Part shown: positions 10,243 through 21,900 of the stretch, piece by piece
How the letters are laid out: each line of letters opens with the position of its first letter
Numbering within the stretch: the stretch's first letter is position 1
Source: Barthelona sp. PCE
Taxonomy: Eukaryota
DNA length: 64,000 nt
Assembly: GCA_040285745.1 (NCBI GenBank)
Contig: JAUFOR010000002.1
Coordinates: forward strand, 1,860,001-1,924,000
Direction of reading: 5' to 3'
The notes under the pieces: model-generated
The model's database searches: none
The model's input: only the letters and a program-made list of their open reading frames with translations
Told to the model about the DNA's origin: nothing
Made by a program: the position numbers and the translations under genes

Positions 10243-12060
10243 TTACAAACCTAGGGAACTTGTATGTCCAATTAGACCGCTAATTCGCGTCTGCCCGACA
10301 TCGGTAGTCATCATTTTGTTAATTTTTTCCAATAAATCCTTAAATGTATGACGATTGTTAACTATGTAACAACAAGCATTTTCTAAAGCATCATTCGTTA
10401 TGTTCCGTACATGCTCAAAGTTGTTGTTTATCTCACAACAGTCGTTCAATAATTCTTCAACATAAGCAGTTGACATTGTAGTTTTTGTGACATCATGTTC
10501 TTGATTCTTGTACAGCTTTTTCTTTGTGAACGGGAATATTCTATTACTCTTTGTGCGCAGAGTTAGCGATATCGCGGTGCTGTTGTACTCTCTGATAAAA
10601 GGAAGATGAATACTCACAAACAACGGTATCAATTGACTATCAACATCCCATACTTGATCTTTCAATACAATTGATCTGAAATGGTCCATCTCATTGCCGA
10701 TGTTCTGCAGTCTCAGCAGGTCCATTAGTTTTGGCACAGTATTAGCCCCAAATTCAATACGTTCAACCGTTGCAAATCGTCCCCGAATAACATTTCTCAG
10801 AAAATGAAGGCAAAAATCTTTGATAGGAACGTCCACGTGTATGACTTTGACATTTTTATCCCCATACCGCACCATACTTTCTGGTTTGCTCATTATATGA
10901 AGAATATCCATATTAAGTGTGATGCCACTACCAGTCTGCTGAGCATGCGTTACGTGTGTTGGTTGCTGATGATGCGAGTGCGGTACATGCCTGGGGTTTG
11001 GCGGTGGGTGACCCGAAGGGGAGGGTTTCTCTTCGATATGAACGCGTGCCTCTTCATCAGAAAGAACTTCTGGTGGATGTATCATCGACGACGCCATGTT
11101 CCTCTGATCGTTGGAAACCTTACGCCCATCAAGCAGCTGTAGTTCAGACAATCTTACAATGATCTTCTGTTTGTAATAGCTATCAGCACGATATAAAGGA
11201 TTGTTCTCAAGGGAGAGCTCAATGAGCTGTTCTGGAAGCCTGCTGAGAACACTATCAAGGTTTCCGAGCTGGTTACTACTGAGGAACAATTTGTTCAACC
11301 TGTTCAACGATTGAAGCGATGACATACTTAAAATTTTGTTCCTCCTGAGATTAATTTCGTTCAAAGCTGACAGCGAATCAAGATTTTCGGCTCTGAGAAT
11401 CCTGTTGCCAGCTAGATTTAAAACTCTAAGATTCTGCAATGTATTCAGATTCTCAATCGTTTCAATTTTGTTTGAATGCAGATCAAGCACTTCTAGTTTA
11501 GTCAATGAATCCAATCCACTGATGCGTCTGATGTTGTTCTTACCAAGCATCAGTACGCGTAACGTAGGAAGGGTGTCAAGTCCTGATATTTCTTGAATAC
11601 TGTTGTCATAAAGATCTAAAAAGATGAGATTTGGCAGATTAATCAAATTTGATATGCTTGATATGTGGTTGTGTTGGTAGTTGAGCAATCTTAACCGATG
11701 CTCGTTCTCTAGCACAGGACATTGTGTTAATCTACGTCTATCTAGATTCAATCTCTCAGGAGCTTGTTTCCGTGCTTCTTCAGTTCGGAATACAACAGGA
11801 ATTCCTGGGAAATTGGAGTTTTCTGCGAAAATAATTCGATCTGCAGGGGTTGGTCCTGAAGAAAGTGGCGCAGGTTGTGAAACCGCACCAAACCGCCGGC
11901 TCTGTGGTCTAGATGAAATCGAATTGGCAAACTGCGGTCTTTTGTGTGCGATTGAGCGGTTACTGGTTGAAAGAGGACCCGAAAATTCAATTTTAACACA
12001 GTTGAGGTTTTTCCTGCTTGGTTTCGGCCGCTTAGAAGAGCGCGACTTACGTCCAAACAT
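10243..12060 (-). CDS. LRRC49: Leucine-rich repeat protein 49-like (tubulin polyglutamylase complex / centriolar satellite LRR protein)
   Basis: ERLNLDRRRLTQCPVLENEHRLRLLNYQHNHI...LIFLDLYDN...LRVLMLGKNNI...LEVLDLHSNKI matches the LRRC49 repeat array from memory. SDS22-type LRRs with an LRRcap (LENNP...Y...LQLLDG). Confidence 0.85.
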   Translation of the reverse strand: MFGRKSRSSKRPKPSRKNLNCVKIEFSGPLSTSNRSIAHKRPQFANSISSRPQSRRFGAVSQPAPLSSGPTPADRIIFAENSNFPGIPVVFRTEEARKQAPERLNLDRRRLTQCPVLENEHRLRLLNYQHNHISSISNLINLPNLIFLDLYDNSIQEISGLDTLPTLRVLMLGKNNIRRISGLDSLTKLEVLDLHSNKIETIENLNTLQNLRVLNLAGNRILRAENLDSLSALNEINLRRNKILSMSSLQSLNRLNKLFLSSNQLGNLDSVLSRLPEQLIELSLENNPLYRADSYYKQKIIVRLSELQLLDGRKVSNDQRNMASSMIHPPEVLSDEEARVHIEEKPSPSGHPPPNPRHVPHSHHQQPTHVTHAQQTGSGITLNMDILHIMSKPESMVRYGDKNVKVIHVDVPIKDFCLHFLRNVIRGRFATVERIEFGANTVPKLMDLLRLQNIGNEMDHFRSIVLKDQVWDVDSQLIPLFVSIHLPFIREYNSTAISLTLRTKSNRIFPFTKKKLYKNQEHDVTKTTMSTAYVEELLNDCCEINNNFEHVRNITNDALENACCYIVNNRHTFKDLLEKINKMMTTDVGQTRISGLIGHTSSLGL

Positions 12061-12080
12061 TAAAGAAATATATTAATTGT

Positions 12081-12130
12081 AAATGGATGAAATGGATGAA
12101 AGTTTGCTTAACGGAAAATTCTATCCATTT
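12081..12130. promoter_or_regulatory. AAATGGAT motif, two tandem copies and one inverted copy, in the divergent LRRC49/ERCC6 spacer
   Basis: AAATGGATG AAATGGATG at 12081-12098 and ATCCATTT at 12123-12130. Confidence 0.4.
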
Positions 12131-12268
12131 TGTAACCGCAAAGTCGTCCTAAAATCTTTGCTGTGGAAGATTGTTACATTGTAATTGTGCAAAATCCTTC
12201 TTGTTTGATTTAGAAAACGTTTTGCTTTTTTTTTCTTCTTTCATTCACTTTATACTGGGAGTTTATTT

Positions 12269-14980
12269 ATGCCAGAGGCAGAACAGAACAAGGGCACATT
12301 GCAAGGGATCACTTTGGAAGCAGAAAACGAGGATATGGTGGGTGAAACTGAAGAAAGCACTACCCCTTCATTGTTAGATGCAGTAGATGTTGGTGAACAC
12401 GAGACAGCACTTGTTGAGAACACGATTCAGGATGGTATTAACAAAGAATATGATGAACTACATGATTATCTGGATCATCGTGAGCTCATTAGAGATAAAC
12501 TTAAGCAACTAATGAGCAAAAGCATTCTTTCTGTGCAAGACGACCACCGTGTGGCAGACTACAGGAAGGAGATCACAACAATGACGAGAAAGATTAAGCA
12601 GTTGCGTGCTCGTATTAAGCAATCCATTGCAAACGAAGAAGGTGATGATTACTCAACTGCACTTTCAGCTCTGAAAGACATCACACCTGGTATCTCAGAG
12701 AAGAGGAAGTGTACCACAGATCGAGTTTTTCGACCGCCAAAGTTTCAGAAAGTTGTTGAGGACGACACATCAGTGACAAAGTATAATGAACGTATAGAGA
12801 AGATGAACGAAGAATCGAGGGGATTCGATATTGAAGACGTGGAGATGGCACCCGGATACGTTGTTCAAGGTGAGCTATATAATATATTGCTGAAATATCA
12901 GAGAGTTGGTCTTGAGTGGTTATTGCTTTTGTTCATATCAGGTAAGGGAGGTATTCTTGGTGACGACCTTGGTCTCGGTAAGACTGTGCAGCTCATTTCA
13001 CTGGTTGCAACTCTTCGACACTCTGACCGAATGAAGAATTGTCTCATCATGATGCCTGCCTCTCTTCTCCAGCAGTGGGTTGACGAGTTTAATTTCTTCG
13101 CACCCACAGTCCGAATTGTGGTCTTTCACAGTGACTGGCAGGACAATCTCAGTGAAATGCTGATTACTCGTTCACAAATTGAGCCAACAGTAATGATAAC
13201 AACATATGATACTTTTAGGAATTACGCAGAGACGTTCTGCTCTATCGAGTGGCAGCTTTGCGCGCTGGACGAGGGCCACAAGATCAAGAATCCAAACGCA
13301 AACATTACGTTGGCTGTTAAGCACATTCGTTGCATGTCTCGATTTATTTTGAGTGGTACCCCGTTACAAAACTCACTCAGTGAGCTATGGAGTCTGTTTG
13401 ACTTCTGCTCACCCGGTTTACTCGGCACTTTACCAGTTTTTGAGGATAATTTCGCCAACCCCATTCACTTTGGCGGATACGTAAACGCTACACCTCAGAT
13501 CATCGCGAGAGCCACCGCAACAGCAGAGGCCCTGCGCCATTTGATCAAACCGTATCTGCTCCGTAGGCTCAAGAGCGAGGTGCTGGAGTTACCCGACAAG
13601 GATGAGATGATTATTTTTTGTCGCCTCACAAAGATACAAGAGGAGCAGTACACGACGTTCCTTCGCAGCGAAACGGTGGTGAAGATCCTTAGCAATCAGA
13701 TGACTTCGTTTGGCGGAATGATGGAATTGCGAAAAATTACAAATCACCCGTTCTTGCATGATGAAGAAATGGATTTAAATCTGATGGATTCTGGCAAGTT
13801 TCGCGTCGTTAGAGACCTTTTGCGCCGCGTTAGGGATGATAACAGGGATCTGGAGTGGAAGGACAAGCACAAAGTGCTCATTTTCTCTCAGCTGCGTATG
13901 ACATTGGACCTATTGGAGATGTTTGTCAGGGAGGAAGGGTATACATACGCCCGACTGGACGGTACCGTTAACGTGGGCAAGCGTAAGGCGATAATTGAGT
14001 ATTTTTCGGATAAATCAGAAGACTCACCATTCATCTTTCTACTGACCACCAAAGTTGCAAACCTCGGTCTCAACCTGCACGCTGCAGACAGGGTTATTAT
14101 TTTTGACCCCGACTGGAACCCAACAGTCGACCAACAGAGCAGAGACAGGGCGCATCGTATGGGACAAGAGTCCAAAGTGCATGTGTATCGATTGATCACA
14201 AAAGGAACGATCGAGGAGTGCATCTACGAGCGCCAGATATTCAAGCAGAACCTGATCAACAGGGTTCTTGTCAACCCAAGCCAAAAAAAGTATCTTGAGA
14301 AGCGATCTTTGAAAGAGCTCTTTACGTATCGGCCTCCACCCAAGAAGGGGCCAGAAAAGCAGCAGGTGAACGAGTTTAAGAGTGTAGATGAAGAGTTCCT
14401 GGCGACTCTACTGAATGTTGACACAGTAGAGACAGTATCTGCAACGTTGGCAACCGTTGAGGACGGAGAGCAAATCAGTGAGGCAGCGAGGCAGGCTGCA
14501 GTGCGCGCTACGCGAAACGTGAAAGCATCAACGCTTGGAATGTCCAATAACGATAGATTTGCACCGACATGGACAGGATCGAAAGGTACAGTGGGTCATC
14601 GGAAAAAACATAGTCACACGAAAACGATGCGTCAGCGGATGCGTATGATCGACAACGCTATTCAGAAGGAGGAACACAAAATTACATCAGGCGATGTGCT
14701 GAAAAACATCAGGCAACGTATTGAGACCACAGAACGTGATAGAATAGCAATGGAAGAGGCGGATCTTGGGTCGCTAAGATCTGACGAGGACATGAACACA
14801 AAGGCAACGGTGATGGCTACAGGGCTCAAGAAATTGTTTGATGAAAACGAACGCTTAGTTACCAGTGACATTGTAACAGCATTTCAACAATTTGTCAAGG
14901 GCAAAGACGCGGTTTTATTTAAGGAAGTATTGCATGCGCTGGCAGAGCAACGTTTTGGATTCTGGTTTATGCGAGAATAA
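12269..14980 (+). CDS. ERCC6: SNF2-family ATPase ERCC6/CSB/RAD26 (transcription-coupled repair)
   Basis: GGILGDDLGLGKT, LDEGHKIKNP, SGTPLQN, CSB-type LGTLPVFEDNFANPIHFGGYVNA, helicase C motifs (FDPDWNP...DRAHRMGQ), and C-terminal PTWTG. Confidence 0.92.
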   Translation: MPEAEQNKGTLQGITLEAENEDMVGETEESTTPSLLDAVDVGEHETALVENTIQDGINKEYDELHDYLDHRELIRDKLKQLMSKSILSVQDDHRVADYRKEITTMTRKIKQLRARIKQSIANEEGDDYSTALSALKDITPGISEKRKCTTDRVFRPPKFQKVVEDDTSVTKYNERIEKMNEESRGFDIEDVEMAPGYVVQGELYNILLKYQRVGLEWLLLLFISGKGGILGDDLGLGKTVQLISLVATLRHSDRMKNCLIMMPASLLQQWVDEFNFFAPTVRIVVFHSDWQDNLSEMLITRSQIEPTVMITTYDTFRNYAETFCSIEWQLCALDEGHKIKNPNANITLAVKHIRCMSRFILSGTPLQNSLSELWSLFDFCSPGLLGTLPVFEDNFANPIHFGGYVNATPQIIARATATAEALRHLIKPYLLRRLKSEVLELPDKDEMIIFCRLTKIQEEQYTTFLRSETVVKILSNQMTSFGGMMELRKITNHPFLHDEEMDLNLMDSGKFRVVRDLLRRVRDDNRDLEWKDKHKVLIFSQLRMTLDLLEMFVREEGYTYARLDGTVNVGKRKAIIEYFSDKSEDSPFIFLLTTKVANLGLNLHAADRVIIFDPDWNPTVDQQSRDRAHRMGQESKVHVYRLITKGTIEECIYERQIFKQNLINRVLVNPSQKKYLEKRSLKELFTYRPPPKKGPEKQQVNEFKSVDEEFLATLLNVDTVETVSATLATVEDGEQISEAARQAAVRATRNVKASTLGMSNNDRFAPTWTGSKGTVGHRKKHSHTKTMRQRMRMIDNAIQKEEHKITSGDVLKNIRQRIETTERDRIAMEEADLGSLRSDEDMNTKATVMATGLKKLFDENERLVTSDIVTAFQQFVKGKDAVLFKEVLHALAEQRFGFWFMRE

Positions 14981-14991
14981 ACCTAGTAAAC

Positions 14992-15771
<780 letters not shown>

Positions 15772-15872
15772 CTAACTTTTTATTGTTTGGTTTTAGAGTT
15801 TATTACTCGTCTTAGACGTAAACATGATCGAAAAAAATTATTTTTCCTGACACGTACATTTATTCACTCTTA

Positions 15873-17522
15873 TTACTCTGATGTCGTTGTTGTTGGTTCA
15901 CTAGTGGTTTCTGTGGTCCTAGGTACCACGATTTCATCGTCACTTTCACTATCTTCGAAAATAACTTCCTCTTGAGGTTCTACTTTTTCTTCAACAACAG
16001 TTTCTTCAACAGGGGTGATTTCTTTTGCTTCCTCCACAATTTCTTCTTTCTTTTCCTCTACGGGTAGTGCAGGCTCTTCCTCCTTATTTTCAACCTTCTC
16101 AATTATTGCCTGTTCAACAATTTTTGTGACTGGTGCAGGAATAGGCTCTGCAATCTCATCCTCTGATTCAATCTCATCTTCTGATTCAGTCTCTTCGTTA
16201 TCATCTTCAACAACAGCAGGAGGTTCATTTTCGACTGTTGCAACTGTTGCAACGTCTATTAATCTGTCAATTTCCTCACCACTGTTGATCTCATCCTCCT
16301 CGATATCGTTGTACTCGTTGGTCTGTCGTTCAAAACTGAGTAATGGGGTAGAAACCAATAAATCTTGCAATTGCTGTTCCAGTTTAAGATTCTCTTCAAA
16401 TCTGGATTGAAGGGAGTTCTCCTTCTGTGTTTGGGCTTGTAGAAGCTGCCTGTTCTGCCTGTATAGGTCAGAAATTGTATCCTGGTTCTTCATGATATCG
16501 TCCTGTAGCTCAGTAATTTGCAATGACAGATCATCCTCAAGTTCCTGTTTGGCCTTCTCCTGTTCAATCGCCGTGAGCTCAAGTGACTCGATGATACCCT
16601 CAAGAGCCTTGACTTCAGCCTTCTTATTATCAAGATCCTCGATGGTTTCGCTATGACGCTGGTTAAGATCACTTAGCTCTTCTCTCTTCTTCAAAAGCTC
16701 CGACTTAACACGATGGTGATGATCCTGAAGCTCGACCAAACGACCCTTATACTCAATCAGATCTGCTTGAAGGTCGCTTGTCATTGACTTTTCCTTGCTG
16801 AGCATATCACGGGCATAAATTGCCTCCTCTTCCATCGTCTTAGCATCCTGGACGGCCTTAATAGCTTTTTCCTTAAATGCTTGGAGTTGCTCCACATGTT
16901 TTGTCATTGTTTGAAGTTGGTTTTGTTTAAGCACCGATAGGTCTTCTGACATCTTGTTATTCGCATCTTGTAACAGGAAAACTTCTTGTGAAAGCTCTTG
17001 TTTCTCCTTTTGCAGAGATATGATTCTTCTGTTCAAATGAAGGGTACCGCGTTTAGAACCGCTCATGCTCATAGCGCTGGTGACCGTGGCGTTGGGATCG
17101 ACCTCAACAGGGATCTTTTCAGGTGGGTTCTGCTGATCTTTTAAGGTTGCGTTCTCGGATTGCAGAGAAAGAACTTGTGTCTTCAAAGCCTCTCTTTGTT
17201 TGAAAATTGTGGCATTCTCTAACGCAAGAGCCTTTAGCTGCGAACGCAGGTTCTGCAAGGCAGTTGTTACCTGATGATTCGAATCAGCCTCTGTGATTAA
17301 ATCAGCTGTGAGACGTTGGTTCTCTTGCTGAAGAACATCGATACGAAAGTTCGCGTCCTTTAGCTGGTTGATCAATTCACTAACAGGAAAATGGGCTGGA
17401 GTCCTCGTCATTGGGGATGAATGGGGGGAACGTGTTGGAGTCACGAATCCAGTTGATGCATAGCCAGTTTGAAGCGGAGAAGCAGTTCCTGTTGGTGTGG
17501 AAGGGGGATCTAATCGATTCAT
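15873..17522 (-). CDS. Coiled-coil protein with an S/T-P-rich N-terminus and an acidic C-terminal tail; start uncertain (ATG at 17522 or upstream)
   Basis: Long heptad-rich ORF with multiple TP/SP motifs at the N-terminus and an E/D/V/P-rich tail. Confidence 0.8.
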   Translation of the reverse strand: MNRLDPPSTPTGTASPLQTGYASTGFVTPTRSPHSSPMTRTPAHFPVSELINQLKDANFRIDVLQQENQRLTADLITEADSNHQVTTALQNLRSQLKALALENATIFKQREALKTQVLSLQSENATLKDQQNPPEKIPVEVDPNATVTSAMSMSGSKRGTLHLNRRIISLQKEKQELSQEVFLLQDANNKMSEDLSVLKQNQLQTMTKHVEQLQAFKEKAIKAVQDAKTMEEEAIYARDMLSKEKSMTSDLQADLIEYKGRLVELQDHHHRVKSELLKKREELSDLNQRHSETIEDLDNKKAEVKALEGIIESLELTAIEQEKAKQELEDDLSLQITELQDDIMKNQDTISDLYRQNRQLLQAQTQKENSLQSRFEENLKLEQQLQDLLVSTPLLSFERQTNEYNDIEEDEINSGEEIDRLIDVATVATVENEPPAVVEDDNEETESEDEIESEDEIAEPIPAPVTKIVEQAIIEKVENKEEEPALPVEEKKEEIVEEAKEITPVEETVVEEKVEPQEEVIFEDSESDDEIVVPRTTETTSEPTTTTSE

Positions 17523-17687
17523 TGACTGAAAGGGTATATAATGTGAAAACATCGCATAAATTCGTTTATTCAGATTTTGGTACGTCACCATCACATATAC
17601 GCATGTAAAGTCACTCCTGTTATTACAAAAATGCCTAATTATGTGGAAAGAAATTACCTGAGTTTGATAAAAAAATGGTTAGAATAT

Positions 17688-18800
17688 CTACATGAAGTCC
17701 TCAATGTCAAGAATCTTCTCAATTTTCTTGCGTGTCTGTTCGTCTACCAACATATCACCCAAATCAGCATACTGCTCTTGCAATTCCTCCACAACATCAA
17801 CAGGTGGCTGCTCTTCTTTCAAGTCGACGTGGTCTACCCCAGCTTCGATCACCTCACCTTCACCTTCACCCATAGCTCTGGCTATAGCTTCATCGACCAC
17901 GTGTTTTGGAACCAGTTGCAGTTTATCATTCTCGTCGAATACCGCGCTCATTCCCAGTTTATCCATGGTGGGATTTTCCACAACACCCAATGCCTGAAGA
18001 CCTTTAAGGTACTCAACAGCGGTTTCACTATGTTTCGTTAATGAAAAAATTGCAAAAAGTGCCCATTCTTTGCGATGGGGAACTCTCTTATCGAAATTTG
18101 TCATAGATAGGATTGTGTTGATTGATTCTCCATCAGAAATTGATTGGATTGCACTAATATTTTCGTAGATAACATTTCCAACTAAACGTACCAGATCCTG
18201 TTGCCACAAAGGTGCTTCCACAAACGCAATTTCCTCAGCAGGGATAGCTAATGTTGCGCAAACTAAGGGTGCAAAAAATTTCTTGCAGAAGTACTCTCGC
18301 ATTCCATCTCTTGGTTGTGCTGCAAGTATACCCAGACAACAAACTGCAGAGTGTGTGATATGCGTTTGATACTCATCAGCAAACAATGAAGAGGTAGATC
18401 TCAATCTGGGGTGCAAGAAATCAGTCAGATTGATGACGAGGTTCAGGGTGTCCGACTTCTCTAACCATTTGTTAAGGCAGAGTGACTCAAGCAGGCGCAA
18501 AACTACGAGCGCTTGCTTGGGTTCGCTGTTAGTAAGAACAGGATGAAGATTGATCAGAGGAAAAGTATAGGTCATAAAGTTCGATATCATATCGATCCCT
18601 TGCTCGTCCAATGGTCCAGACTCGTGTGTTCCCAGTGCAAGTTCATACAGAATACTGCCCCATTGTTCATCTTTTAGGATGTCAATTAAGTGATAGACAT
18701 TGACAGGTGGTGCACTCAATATTTGTTCAATTTCATGTGTCACATCCGTGTCGTTGATATTTTTCGTGAAAGCCCTTTTCAGAAATTCCACAAACAGCAT
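17688..18800 (-). CDS. Ataxin-10-domain (ARM-like) protein
   Basis: C-terminal LVRLVGNVIYEN...ILSMTNFDKRVPHRKEWALFAIFSLT...L..LG resembles the ataxin-10/Ctr86 conserved domain. Likely ATG at 18800. Confidence 0.75.
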   Translation of the reverse strand: MLFVEFLKRAFTKNINDTDVTHEIEQILSAPPVNVYHLIDILKDEQWGSILYELALGTHESGPLDEQGIDMISNFMTYTFPLINLHPVLTNSEPKQALVVLRLLESLCLNKWLEKSDTLNLVINLTDFLHPRLRSTSSLFADEYQTHITHSAVCCLGILAAQPRDGMREYFCKKFFAPLVCATLAIPAEEIAFVEAPLWQQDLVRLVGNVIYENISAIQSISDGESINTILSMTNFDKRVPHRKEWALFAIFSLTKHSETAVEYLKGLQALGVVENPTMDKLGMSAVFDENDKLQLVPKHVVDEAIARAMGEGEGEVIEAGVDHVDLKEEQPPVDVVEELQEQYADLGDMLVDEQTRKKIEKILDIEDFM

Positions 18801-18957
18801 TTTAAGTTGATGAAACGGTAAAGAGAAATGAATACGTTGTTTACACAATTTTGTAAAGGTTAGATCTTGTAAATGTGTGGAATAAAGTGTGTTACACACC
18901 TTTGAACAGGGAAATAAACGTTTAACTGAATTTTTCTTTATTCTCACGTTTCTTTCG

Positions 18958-21900
18958 ATGTCTGAGTTTTTAACACCCAGAATTGCATCAAAAAGGGGTA
19001 AATCAAAGGGAACAAGTGATATGGGTCATTCTTTGCAGTGGAGAAAGATTCAAACTGTAGGAAGCTTACCCGCACGTCGTGCGGGAGCAACTCTTGTTGA
19101 GTACAATGACCGCATGTACCTGTATGGCGGCTATCCGTTCCGTGGTAGCCGAGGTTTGTGGTGTTTCAATCCTATTCAGTCTCGTTGGGTTACTGTCGAG
19201 ACTAAATCACGTAGTGGAACGCTGCCCAACCCCAGAAGGTTACACTCATCCGTCGTTCATGAAGGAAAGATGTACGTCTTTGGTGGAGAAACTGATAAAG
19301 CTGGTTGCTGTGATGAGCTCTGGGTTTTGGATTTCGAATCGATGACTTGGACCCTTGTTGAGAGATCAGGGGCCTGGCCGTGCGCGAGGTACGGTCATGC
19401 AGTGACTTTATTGGCAGGTGTCATGTTCATGATCGGTGGTGCGAGACGGGATTCCATTGATGGCGCTACAGCCCCAGCATTTTTGAACGATGTTTGGATA
19501 TTCGACACACAAAGGCTGCAGTGGGTTTGTCTCCCCGTCGATGGCGATGAGCTTGATCCCCGTTATGGTCACTCATTCACTCTTGCGAATGGTCGGTTGT
19601 TTTTGTTTGGTGGTTTCAATTCAAGTGGTTTTCTGAATGATATGTGGGAATTCCACTATAACTTCAAGGACAACAGACCGTCTTATGAGTGGTCAAAACT
19701 CAATCTTGGTTCGTCAGTACCCAAACCACGCTACATGCACACGTCGGTTGCTGTAGGGATGAATTTTGATCGAATTCTCATCCATGGAGGCAAGACAGCA
19801 CGTACTGATAAGCACTCCATTGGTGATCTTTGGGAGTTTGATACGACTTCTCTGCGATTCATGCGCATTGACAACCCCAATTTCCACCTCAAGACAGGTA
19901 TTATGGAGAACACATTGTACCCAGCCAGGCGTCATTCACACTGTGGAATTCTAAAAAGTGGTAAGCATCAGACGCTTATCCTATTCGGTGGTGTTTGTGA
20001 CTCCAACAAGATGTATCAGGATATGTGGGCACTCAAGACTATCTCTAACAACGAGGAGCTGTCTATTGATCTGCCCCTGGATCGAGTTTCTGACGAGGCA
20101 TCTTTTGTTGTGAATGAGATGATTAAATCATCAGAGTTCGTTGGTGCTCTGAGCGCAATGGTTGAAGAGTGTGCACGTGATCCGATTCAAACAGTGACGC
20201 ACCGTGTTGACACAATTGTTAATCACCTTAAGGAGTCTGTGCATCAGAACTCAGAGCGTCTCATTTCATTTGACGAGCGCCTCACTGAAGAAATGGCCCG
20301 CCAGTCACAGAGCATTGAGCAGTCCATAGGCCAGTTCAAGGAAGAGCAGACGATCAAAACTGAGGAGATGAAACAACAGCTGAGTGATAAGATGGTTGAG
20401 GTATATGAGGAGACCACTGTTAAGCTGAAGAATGTTTCTGAAAGTGCAACAGTTGCATTGGAGACTGTTAACAAGCGTGTTGACAACGTGGAGGATATGA
20501 TCGACCAGCGCATGCATCACTTTATGGTTGAGTTTGCTGACAAGCAGAACGCAAAAATTGATGAATTAACCGGTGCTGTAGGTGATCTAACAACGCATGT
20601 CATGCGTATTGAGGATGAGTTCAAGATCCACAAGGAGAAATCTGAGAAGGATACCGAGGAGCTTCACAAAAAGCTCATTATGGAAATTTCTGATCTTTAC
20701 CAAGTTGTCAACGCAGGTCTTGACCATTCAAAGAAATGCAACAGAAGTTTCTTCCGTAGCATTTACGACTTAATATCAAGACTTGATCTGCGTATCAGTG
20801 ATAATCACGAGGTGCACAGAGTCTTTGATTGTGAACTATCAGATTTGATTGGTGCAGTCAACGATATTCAGACGCAGTTGGGCAATATTTATGTGTCAAA
20901 CACAGAGTTAGCCACTGGAGTTTACACATGTGAAGAGCGCTTAGATGCTTTTGATGAGGTAACAAAGGTGCATACCACTGCGATGGAAGGTTTAACCGAG
21001 AACTTAAATCTTGTGAGTGGTGAATTACGCGATTCTATCGAGAAGAACCACGCTTCAGTCACATCTGATTTGAAGAAAACGAAAATGCAGTGTGATACAA
21101 ACGGCGAGCAACTTACCGAGCACTATGTTGAGTACTGTGACACACACAAGGCTTTGGAGACTCTTGATCTGAAGCATCATGATCTGGTAAGCAAGGTTAA
21201 TGAGCAAATTTCCGATATTGAGAGTACTGCCAATGCTGTCGAGGCACACCGTGAAGAAACAAAGGAGATCGCAAAGAACATGAGTGCTGCACAAACGAGC
21301 ATCGATTCTATTAAGGAGGAGAGCGTTGCTCAAGAAGGAAAGATCACTCACCTCACATCTTTGTTGGATGACACGATTGATGGACTTCAGATTACTGTGA
21401 AGGGTCTTGACGACGTTACTGAGACGGTTGTTGAAGAAAAGGCCAAATTGCAGGTTGCAGAAACGAGTCTGAATGATGTAGTTTCGACCATTGAGACATT
21501 ATCCTCAGACGTTAAGAATACCAACTCCATTGTGCAAGGTCACATGATCACAATAGATCAGGTTAGCGATAAACAAAAGATATTGGGCGATGAGCTTGCA
21601 ACTGTTCATAACAAGATCAGTTCCGTAAAGGATCAGGCAGAGGCTGTTCAGAACATTGTTCAAGAGCAGGCAACTAAGATGACAGAGGATACGCAGAAGA
21701 TTTGGGATGAGCTCCCTAAGTTCACAGAAGGTATCAAGGAAAGCTTCAAGACTCAGATTGAAGCAGCAGTGAATGATCAGCAGAAAATCAACACACAAGA
21801 TTTGGAGAACCAAAAGAACGAACTCAGTAGGAGTATCGCTGAACTCTATGATACTGTTGGTGATATCCCCAATAAGCGCAAAGCTGCGATTGAGCAGTCG